DNA of 21,882 nucleotides from Chloroflexota bacterium (GTDB lineage: Bacteria > Chloroflexota > Dehalococcoidia > Lucifugimonadales > JADFKI01): contig JAQBUT010000036.1 of the NCBI GenBank assembly GCA_027623195.1, positions 1-21,882 of the forward strand, read 5' to 3'. Below, piece by piece: positions 9,334 to 16,935 of the stretch (the first letter of the stretch is position 1; the number at the start of each line of letters is the position of its first letter). Both the position numbers and the translations under genes were made by a program. The notes beneath the pieces were generated by a model, which was given only the letters and a program-made list of their open reading frames with translations, ran no database searches and was not told the DNA's origin.

Positions 9334-10806
9334 ATGGGTAAACCGACCGGATTTAAAGAGCAGAAGAGGATGACGCAGCCGCACCAGTCGGTAGCGGAGC
9401 GAATACAGCATTACCGCGAGTTCTACGAGAACTGGACCGAGCAGCAGGCTCGTGACCAGGGCAGCCGATGCATGAACTGCGGTGTACCCTTCTGCCACAC
9501 AGGCTGCCCCTTGGGCAACCTCATACCTGACTGGACCGACATGGTCTACCGGGGTCGGTGGCAAGAGGCGCTTATAGAGCTTCACTCTACCAACAACTTC
9601 CCCGAGTTCACCGGTCGTATATGCCCAGCGCCTTGCGAAGCGGCATGTACGCTTGCAATAAACCAGGACCCTGTGAGTATCGAGCACGTCGAAAAGGCCA
9701 TAGCCGACCGCGGCTGGCAGGAGGGCTGGATTACTCCGCAGGCTCCGTCCCTTAACACTGGCAAGACAGTTGCCGTGGTGGGATCAGGTCCCGCCGGACT
9801 GGCCGCCGCACAGCAACTCAGCCGGTCCGGCCATACCGTCACAGTATTCGAGCGAGACGATTACATCGGTGGTCTGCTGCGCCTCGGCATACCGGACTTC
9901 AAGCTTGGCAAAGATGTCGTGCAGCGCCGCGTCGACCAGATGAAGGCTGAGGGTGTCACCTTCCAGACAGGCGTTCATGTGGGAACAGACGATTTCCCTG
10001 CGGACAGGCTACTCGGCGAATTTGACGCAGTGGTGCTGAGCGGCGGCTCCACCGTGCCCCGAGACCTACCAGTGCCAGGCCGCGAACTCCAAGGTGTTCA
10101 CTTCGCCATGGAGTTCCTAACACAGCAAAACAAGATCAACGCTGGAGAGACCATTCCCTCAGCGAAGCGCATATCCGCCGAGGGCAAACGTGTGGTCATC
10201 CTGGGCGGCGGCGACACCGGTTCCGACTGCCTGGGAACGTCGCACCGGCAGGGCGCGGAGGTTGTCTACCAGTATGAGTTGCTATCTGAGCCACCTACGG
10301 AGCGTTCAGCCAATAATCCGTGGCCCTTCTGGCCTATGGTTCTACGAACGTCCTCATCGCAAGAAGAGGGCGTAATCCCCGGCTTCGACGTCATGACCAC
10401 GCACCTCTCTGGTGAGGCTGGGCATGTCAAAAAGCTTCATGCGGTCAAGGTTAACTGGGGTGCGCCGGATGAGTCAGGCCGCCCACAGATGCAGAAGATC
10501 GAGGGCAGCGAGTTCGAGATAGACGCTGACCTGGTCTTGTTGGCCATGGGCTTTCTGCACCCCGAGCCAAAGGGGCTGTTGGCAGACTTGGGCGTAGAGT
10601 TAGACGCTCGTGGCAACCTTGCCGACGACGAGAACAAGATGACCAACGTCCCTGGTGTGTTCGCTGCCGGAGACATGGCGCGAGGCCAGTCACTGGTGGT
10701 ATGGGCCATCGCCGAGGGCCGGGAGGCCGCACGCGGGGTCGACCAGTACCTCATGGGCCACACCAGCCTGCCACACGTTCTCGCCGGAGCCCTGGCTAGA
10801 AGCTAA
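9334..10806 (+). CDS. gltD: Glutamate synthase small subunit (NAD(P)H-dependent)
   Basis: 490 aa with MGKPTGF, RCMNCGVPFCHTGCPLGN, NNFPEFTGRICPAPCE, VVGSGPAG, GGGDTGSDC and GQSLVVWAIAEGR. Confidence 0.97.
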   Translation: MGKPTGFKEQKRMTQPHQSVAERIQHYREFYENWTEQQARDQGSRCMNCGVPFCHTGCPLGNLIPDWTDMVYRGRWQEALIELHSTNNFPEFTGRICPAPCEAACTLAINQDPVSIEHVEKAIADRGWQEGWITPQAPSLNTGKTVAVVGSGPAGLAAAQQLSRSGHTVTVFERDDYIGGLLRLGIPDFKLGKDVVQRRVDQMKAEGVTFQTGVHVGTDDFPADRLLGEFDAVVLSGGSTVPRDLPVPGRELQGVHFAMEFLTQQNKINAGETIPSAKRISAEGKRVVILGGGDTGSDCLGTSHRQGAEVVYQYELLSEPPTERSANNPWPFWPMVLRTSSSQEEGVIPGFDVMTTHLSGEAGHVKKLHAVKVNWGAPDESGRPQMQKIEGSEFEIDADLVLLAMGFLHPEPKGLLADLGVELDARGNLADDENKMTNVPGVFAAGDMARGQSLVVWAIAEGREAARGVDQYLMGHTSLPHVLAGALARS

Positions 10807-10817
10807 GGACAAGCTGG

Positions 10818-12026
10818 TTATATAACAGCCTGATCCCGAAGCTCTGCCAGGTCCGCTTCCGACAGCCCTAGCAACTCGCCGTAAACCTCGGCGTTATGCT
10901 CTCCCAACAGTGGAGAATGCTTCATTTCTACTGGTGAGTCCTCTAGCTGCACCGGGAAGCCGGGCATCTTGAAGACGCCGCGTCTCGGATGGTCCATAGT
11001 GGTGATCATGCCCCGCTCAGCTAGATGCGGATCGTTGTGAATATCACCGGCGTTCAAGACAGCGCCGCACGGTATGCCACCTTCTCCCAGGATGTCCTGG
11101 ACCTCGTATTTGGTCTTCGTGGAGGTCCATGCCTCCACCAGCGCGTCCACCTCTTCCTTGTGCTGTCCTCGCCAAACAGGATTGGACCAGTCCGGGTCTT
11201 CCATGAGGTCTTCCCGGCCAATCATAAGGCACAGGGCGTCCCACATATGGCCTCGGGTGGGCTGGCAGTAGATGAACACGTAGTCGTCGGGGCCGCCGGG
11301 CTTGCACCTGTAGATATCAGCAGGGGCGTTGCCCGCCACGTGGCTGCCGGTCCTGCCCGGCTCTTCTCCACCCGAATCGTAATACTGACGCATCTTGATT
11401 CGGCTGAAGTTAACGACGGCGTCCTGCATGGAAAGCTCCAGCACCTGCCCCTTGCCAGTCTGCTCCCGCTGCCACAGCGCCGCCATAATGCCGAAGGCCA
11501 TGTGGATTCCGGAGCCGGTATCGCCGATAGTGACGCCCGGCTTCATTGGAGGGCCGCCGGGGGCGCCAGTGAACGCCATTGAACCACCGGTGGCCTGGGC
11601 GATCATGTCAAAGCTCTTGTAGTTTGAGTAAGGCCCGTACGTCCCGAACCCTTTGATACGGGCGAAAATAATCCTTGGGTTAACGCCCTTGAGCAGTTCG
11701 TAGGTGATGCCGATTCTCTCCAGCGTGCCGGGGGCCATGTTCTCGATCACAACGTCAGCCTGCTTCACCAGGTCCAGGAGCATGGCTTTGCCGCGCTCGG
11801 TCTTCAGGTCCAGGGTCACGCTGCGTTTGTTGGCGTTGAGTAGGATGAAGTAGTAGCTGTCCACGTCTGGCAGGTCGGAGCGATTGCGCCGGCCGGGGTC
11901 GCCCACGCCAGGCTGCTCTACTTTAATCACATCTGCGCCCAGCCAGGCCATGGACTCTGTGCAGGCTGGCCCCGCCTCGAACTGGGTCAGGTCGATTACT
12001 CGAAGGTTTTCCAGTGCTTTTCCCAT
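10818..12026 (-). CDS. Family III CoA-transferase (CaiB/BaiF, formyl-CoA-transferase-like)
   Basis: DLTQFEAGP, LGADVIKVE, NANKRSVTLDLK, IKGFG, catalytic Asp context IGDTGSG, SMQDAV and PLLGEHN. RBS AGGAG upstream. Confidence 0.93.
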   Translation of the reverse strand: MGKALENLRVIDLTQFEAGPACTESMAWLGADVIKVEQPGVGDPGRRNRSDLPDVDSYYFILLNANKRSVTLDLKTERGKAMLLDLVKQADVVIENMAPGTLERIGITYELLKGVNPRIIFARIKGFGTYGPYSNYKSFDMIAQATGGSMAFTGAPGGPPMKPGVTIGDTGSGIHMAFGIMAALWQREQTGKGQVLELSMQDAVVNFSRIKMRQYYDSGGEEPGRTGSHVAGNAPADIYRCKPGGPDDYVFIYCQPTRGHMWDALCLMIGREDLMEDPDWSNPVWRGQHKEEVDALVEAWTSTKTKYEVQDILGEGGIPCGAVLNAGDIHNDPHLAERGMITTMDHPRRGVFKMPGFPVQLEDSPVEMKHSPLLGEHNAEVYGELLGLSEADLAELRDQAVI

Positions 12027-12396
12027 TATTTTGCTCCTGCCGTGCGAAGGTCACTTCCGCCCGACAATTATTGAATTTTGATCAGAATTCACCCCGCAAC
12101 GCAAGCAGTCGCGGCGACTAGATGCCGATGATAGCATCGTTTGGGCGGAAGGGACAGCGGGACGCGTTGCGTCACTTGGGCATCCCCCGATCGGCCCTTC
12201 GGCCAGCTTTACGAGTGTAACATCCTGTTATATCTGCAAATCAAATGTATTTGTTAATGAACGCTTAATCTTCGACATATTCTGTTAAGAATTGCCTCCT
12301 AGTAGGAATTGAAGACCACCACATGCCTTAAGGGTCCTATCAGAAGCTGATAGCGAAGTCGGAGGTCTGAAATCTCATCCAAGAAAGGGAGAGGAA

Positions 12397-12852
12397 ATGA
12401 AAGGTCTAAAACGTAGTGTAGCGGTATTCCTAGCGGCAGCGACAGCACTTTCGGCTGTTGCGGTGGCGTCGGCGAACGGCGCCGGCGGAGTGACGGGCCC
12501 GGCGTTCTATGTCGACGGTGAGATGTACCGCACGGTTGGCACTCCAACCGACCTGTCTAACACAGGCGCGCCGGACCATAGTTTCGACGTTATTTATGGC
12601 ATTGGCCACAACCAACCCAACGTAGCTGAGGCCGCCCCCGGACAGGTGGGATTCAACGGTGGGCGATGGATGGTGCGTCCGGTCACGTTCAACGACTATG
12701 CCGCAGCTGTAGTAGCCCACGACGCCAACGACAGTGGGGACCTTGACAGCAACGAGGAAGTGGAGGCTGCTCTGGCCGATACGGGCGCATCGGGAGCCAC
12801 GCTTGGCGGCGTTGTGAAGACCTTTGAATGCCCGGTGATTCACATACCTTAG
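12397..12852 (+). CDS. Secreted hypothetical protein (151 aa) with an EF-hand-like Ca-binding loop
   Basis: RBS GGGAGAGG. Signal peptide MKGLKRSVAVFLAAATALSAVAVASA. The loop DANDSGDLDSNE fits DxNxSGxLDxxE. Also contains APG..GFNGGRW and a C-terminal FECPV. Confidence 0.85.
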   Translation: MKGLKRSVAVFLAAATALSAVAVASANGAGGVTGPAFYVDGEMYRTVGTPTDLSNTGAPDHSFDVIYGIGHNQPNVAEAAPGQVGFNGGRWMVRPVTFNDYAAAVVAHDANDSGDLDSNEEVEAALADTGASGATLGGVVKTFECPVIHIP

Positions 12853-12893
12853 GCTGCAACATGGCACCTGGGCGATAGGCCGACAACTGGTTG

Positions 12894-12946
12894 AAAGGAT
12901 GCCCTACTTTCGGATCTCCGAGATGGGGCATCCTTTTTCTTTTCTT
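12894..12946 (+). terminator. Intrinsic terminator, possibly bidirectional
   Basis: AAAGGATGCCCTA (12894-12906) / TGGGGCATCCTTT (12924-12936) with an inner TCGGA/TCCGA pair, followed by TTCTTTTCTT. It lies between convergent genes. Confidence 0.85.
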
Positions 12947-13020
12947 GGCCTGAAGGTAATCAAACTGTTTCTCGCAAAGGATGCTAGAGGTTATGGCTCC
13001 GAGGTTGGCATAAATGGGTT

Positions 13021-13759
13021 CTAGATCGCATGAGATAGGGAAAGCCAGTCCAGTAATTCCTGTGGGGAACGAAGGCGAGGAAACGGCGGGGCTCCTTCAG
13101 GGTATTGGCGCCACATGTCACCTGCGAATTTTCCTGGGCGAATTCCTGCGGGCCAGCGATCCAAGAACCATGTCGCCCATAACGCCGCGATGCCTAATTG
13201 AGAGGCTCCAGATAACTCGTCTCGCCCACCATCTCCAACGAAGACGGCCTCTTCAGCGCTCACTCCAAGCGTTTGAAGACAGTGACGGTATATGCGAGAA
13301 TCTGGTTTGAGCACGCCTATCTTGTAAGATGAGACCACAACATCAAAGAAAGAAGGGCGCAATCCGACATTCCGACCACGGCGCCATGTCCATATCGCCT
13401 GCATTCGTTACCAGCCCCAACCGAAGTCCTCGCGTTTTAAGGCCTTCCACTAATTCAATGATTGAATCTTCCATATTGGCAAATACAGAAGCCAGGCGTG
13501 CGAACTGTTCGCTAGCGAGTTCGGCAACAACTGAATTGTCCGGGACGTGCCCCACATTTCTGCAAACCGCTATTAGAAGCTCCTCATAGTTATCAAGATT
13601 CCCTTTCTGCCATTCATCATCAAATTGATCCCATTGGACTTGAAATTCATCCTCTCGCATACCAAGTCGTGCGGCAGTCGATTGCTGTGGAGGACTCCAA
13701 TTTGGATCAAAATGCGTTATGAGAGTCTCAAAAAGATCGAAAATGATGGCTCGAAGCAC
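13021..13759 (-). pseudogene. HAD-superfamily (subfamily IA) hydrolase, frameshifted
   Basis: GTG start at 13759 with RBS GGAGGA. Motif I AIIFDLFET and motif II GLVTN are in one frame; motif III KPDSRIY and motif IV FVGDGGRDE are in another. The switch is at minus-strand CCC TTC TTT CTT TGA. Removing 4 nt restores ...APFFDVVVSS. Confidence 0.88.
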
Positions 13760-13828
13760 GAAATCCTCCAGAAATAGTTTGTGTTGAGGAGCATTCCCGA
13801 CTTTACACATCGTGAAACAAATTTAGAA

Positions 13829-15025
13829 TTACCCGATCACGCCCTGCTCTCTCATATCCGACACGTATTCGGGCGTGTGGCCAAGAATCGTTGTGAGAAT
13901 ATCCTCGTTGTGCTCGCCGTAACGCGGGGCCTTCGTAACCGTATCGTCCTGGCCGGTGATCTTAATGGGGCAGCCTATCATGCGGTAGTCACCGCGGACC
14001 GGATCTTCCACATTCACGACCATCTCCCGTTCCGCCAGATGAGGGTCCGCAAGCAGGTCACGGGTGTTCATAGTGGCACCGGCCAGCACTCCAGCCCCAG
14101 CCAACAAGGTCATGGCCTCTTGCTTGGTGTGTTTGGTAGTCCACTCGGAAACGATCTCCTCAATCTCGTCGGCGTGGTCCGCCATGGTCTCGAAATCCTG
14201 GAAGCGCGGATCGCCGATTAAGTCCTCCCGCCCGATGACCACGAACAGCAGGTCCCACATCTCACCCCTGGGAAACAGCAAAATGTAGTCGTCCGGGCCA
14301 CCCGGTGCACAAGGGTAAACCATCGGCGTCCCTCTGCCGGCGCGGTGCCCACGGCGTTGCTCTGGCCTATCCAGACCCAATGTGGACGTGATTTGCATTC
14401 GCATGAGGTTCACCACGGCGTCCTGCATGGACACCTCAACCATCTCGCCCTTGCCGGTGGCGTCGCGTTTTCGCAGCGCAGCGAGGATGCCTATGGCCGC
14501 ATGCAGACCGCTGCCGGAGTCCCCTACCCCTGGTGAAATGTACGCCGGAGGCCTATCCGGGTATCCGGTGGTGGCCATGGCGCCGCCTACCGCCTGGGCC
14601 ACCATCTCCCAGCCCTTATATTGTTTGTACGGACCGTAGGTTCCGAAGCCCTTGATGGTGGCGTAGACCAGCCCAGGATTAATCTCCTGTAGCTTGTCCC
14701 AGCCGTATCCGAGCCGTTCCATCATACCCAGAGAGAAATTTTCCAGCAGGACATCAGCCCACTTTATTAAGTCTGTGAATATTTCCTTGCCTTTGTCCGT
14801 TTTCAGGTTAAGGCTGAGGCTTCTTTTGTTGTTATTGAATATGAGGAAGTAGAAGCTGTCGGAGTCTTCAGCATGGCGCAGGTCATGCCGCGTGGAGTCG
14901 CCTCCCCATATGTCCTCGATTTTGATTACATCTGCACCTAAAAACGCCAGCAGTTGGGTACACGACGGTCCCGCCTGCACATGAGTCAGGTCCAGTATTT
15001 TGACGCCCTCCAGTGCCTTTTCCAT
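13829..15025 (-). CDS. Family III CoA-transferase (formyl-CoA-transferase-like), paralog of 10818-12026
   Basis: LDLTHVQAGPSCTQ (Frc-like HVQAGP), NNNKRSLSLNLK, IKGFGTYGPY, VGDSGSG, SMQDAV and PRYGEHN. Confidence 0.93.
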   Translation of the reverse strand: MEKALEGVKILDLTHVQAGPSCTQLLAFLGADVIKIEDIWGGDSTRHDLRHAEDSDSFYFLIFNNNKRSLSLNLKTDKGKEIFTDLIKWADVLLENFSLGMMERLGYGWDKLQEINPGLVYATIKGFGTYGPYKQYKGWEMVAQAVGGAMATTGYPDRPPAYISPGVGDSGSGLHAAIGILAALRKRDATGKGEMVEVSMQDAVVNLMRMQITSTLGLDRPEQRRGHRAGRGTPMVYPCAPGGPDDYILLFPRGEMWDLLFVVIGREDLIGDPRFQDFETMADHADEIEEIVSEWTTKHTKQEAMTLLAGAGVLAGATMNTRDLLADPHLAEREMVVNVEDPVRGDYRMIGCPIKITGQDDTVTKAPRYGEHNEDILTTILGHTPEYVSDMREQGVIG

Positions 15026-15123
15026 ACTTGTGTTCCCACCCTCTTAATAAGAATCCAGCGCCATTATAAACCTGTCGGAAAGCGGCTGGGAGCGGTGAGA
15101 GATTCGGATCAACCGCAAAATCC

Positions 15124-15138
15124 CCCAGGCAAAAGTAC
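15124..15138 (+). repeat. 15-bp intergenic motif CCCAGGCAAAAGTAC, copy 2
   Basis: Identical to 9287-9301. It lies upstream of a minus-strand TATAAT (15063-15068) that precedes the CoA-transferase gene. Confidence 0.6.
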
Positions 15139-15702
15139 TGCAATGGGACGCCTCGGAGGCATTTCTTTGCGCAGATGCTGGACTATTTCACCCATTCCCA
15201 GCTCATACGCACGTCGCAGCAAAAGCGTTTTCTGCGTGCAACTCCGAGTTTAGACATCTGCAAGCGATTGCGAATACCCTCAGCAGCGCATCCACAGGGA
15301 AGCCTCAGCGAATTGCATGGGGTTACTCATGGCACGATGAGCCTTAAACGCTCGATGTAGGCCGTTAGTGCTCCAATTATCGGTCAGTCTTGCCAATTCT
15401 CCTTTACGGCTTGTCCATGGTATGGAAGGCACTATGACATGCGTGGCATTCATGGCCATCACAGTTCCGGTTGGATATTGGCACCTAGCGAAAAGTGTGT
15501 ACGGCCACCCCCCGTCCCATTTGACAGTACAAAACTCTATGTGTCGGCATACACGGGGGTAACACGCAGGGTGGTATCTGCTCAGAACACCTATACGCTG
15601 CTGATGAGTCCATTCAAGACTTATGAGGTAGATTGGCACACAATTCCGAAAGGGCATGCACACCAACCTCACACCGGGCCATCGAAGTGGAGCAGGACAG
15701 TA

Positions 15703-16926
15703 GTGGAAATTTACAAAGTGTTCACGTGCGAATCCGCACACCGCCTTCCCAACGTGGCGGAGGATAACAAGTGCGGTAGGCTGCACGGGCACTCTTACCG
15801 TTTCGAGGTTTGGGTAGACGGCCCCGTGGATCAACATACGGGTTGGGTTATGGACCTACATGACATCAGCAGGGCTTTCCAGCCGATTCATGATCAGATG
15901 GATCACCATTACCTAAATGACATAGAAGGACTATCGAATCCGACAAGCGAAAACATAGCCCGCTGGATATGGGAACGAATTAACCCATCGCTTTCGTATC
16001 TCAGCCGGGTTGTCGTATATGAGACCTGCACGTCAGGTTGCATTTATCGAGGAGAGGGGGCTGAATTCATGGTAGACGTTAGCCATGAACGCGAGGCTCT
16101 GAGTCAACTGGCTCTTAAAAGTCAGCAGATTATAGAGGACGTACAAAGCCGAGCGGACAACAGGATGATTCCCATAGATCGGGTGGGTGTCAACGACATC
16201 CAGTACCCGATACGTGTTTTGGACAGAGATGGTAAACCTCAGCATACGGTTGCCAACCTCTCCATGTCTGTGGACTTGCCACACGACGTGAAGGGCACGC
16301 ATATGAGCCGCTTCATAGAAATCTTGAATGCTTACGATGATGAACTGGGCATCGATACGCTGCCTAACATCCTCAGCACCATTCGGGAGAGACTCGGAGC
16401 GGCCAGCGCACGCATTGAGGCGGACTTCCCGTTCTTCCTAAATCGGGCGGCCCCAGTTAGCGGCGCGAAGTCCTTAATGAATTACGAGTGCTCCCTGCTG
16501 GGGGAATCTGGCACGAAGAAGGGCGATTATGTCCTAACCGTAAAGGTTCCTGTTACCTCTCTTTGCCCCTGCAGCAAGGAGATCAGCGACTACGGTGCAC
16601 ACAACCAGCGCGGCTTCCTGACAATCAAAGCCCGCAGCAAGCTAACCATCGATGGGAGCCTGCCTCGTATATCGATGGAGGACATCATAGACGTGGCGGA
16701 GCAGTCAGCGTCGTCTCCTGTCTACCCGTTGCTCAAGAGGCCCGATGAACGCCATGTGACGATGCAGGCTTATGAGAACCCCGTTTTCGTAGAAGACATG
16801 GTCCGAGAAGTCGCGACCAAGCTAAAAATAGACGATCGACTGTCCTGGTTTAGCGTTCACGCCGAAAATCAGGAGAGCATCCACAACCACAACGCTTTCG
16901 CCCAAATCGAATGGGCCAGGGCGTAA
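15703..16926 (+). CDS. queD-folE2: In-frame fusion of QueD (6-carboxytetrahydropterin synthase, PTPS-I) and FolE2 (GTP cyclohydrolase IB), 407 aa
   Basis: Start revised to GTG at 15703 (MEIYKVFTCESAHRLPNV). QueD motifs: CGRLHGHSY, MDHHYLNDIEGLSNPTSENIA, ETCTSGCIY. FolE2 motifs: DVQS..D.R.IPIDRVGV, KGTHMSRF, PVTSLCPCSKEISDYGAHNQR, LKRPDE, AYENPVFVEDMVR, ESIHNHNAFA. No stop codon separates the domains. Confidence 0.92.
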   Translation: MEIYKVFTCESAHRLPNVAEDNKCGRLHGHSYRFEVWVDGPVDQHTGWVMDLHDISRAFQPIHDQMDHHYLNDIEGLSNPTSENIARWIWERINPSLSYLSRVVVYETCTSGCIYRGEGAEFMVDVSHEREALSQLALKSQQIIEDVQSRADNRMIPIDRVGVNDIQYPIRVLDRDGKPQHTVANLSMSVDLPHDVKGTHMSRFIEILNAYDDELGIDTLPNILSTIRERLGAASARIEADFPFFLNRAAPVSGAKSLMNYECSLLGESGTKKGDYVLTVKVPVTSLCPCSKEISDYGAHNQRGFLTIKARSKLTIDGSLPRISMEDIIDVAEQSASSPVYPLLKRPDERHVTMQAYENPVFVEDMVREVATKLKIDDRLSWFSVHAENQESIHNHNAFAQIEWARA

Positions 16927-16935
16927 GGGCCGCTG

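Noticed and set aside
3085..11622. Numerous antisense and alternate-frame ORFs within glnA, gltB, gltD and the CoA-transferase
   Set aside because: These are shadow ORFs expected from codon bias in conserved GC-rich genes.
13021..13810. Two separate genes, or programmed ribosomal frameshifting, in the HAD locus
   Set aside because: The halves are complementary parts of one HAD domain. I saw no canonical slippery heptamer, and a 4-bp duplication explains the break.
15601..15655. Hammerhead ribozyme (CTGATGAG...GAAA)
   Set aside because: Stem II is not followed directly by GAAA, and no stem I/III with a cleavage triplet could be built.
15439..15702. 88-aa N-terminal extension of QueD in the ORF track
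   Set aside because: QueD similarity begins at GTG 15703, which has an upstream AGGA. The extension looks like non-coding leader.
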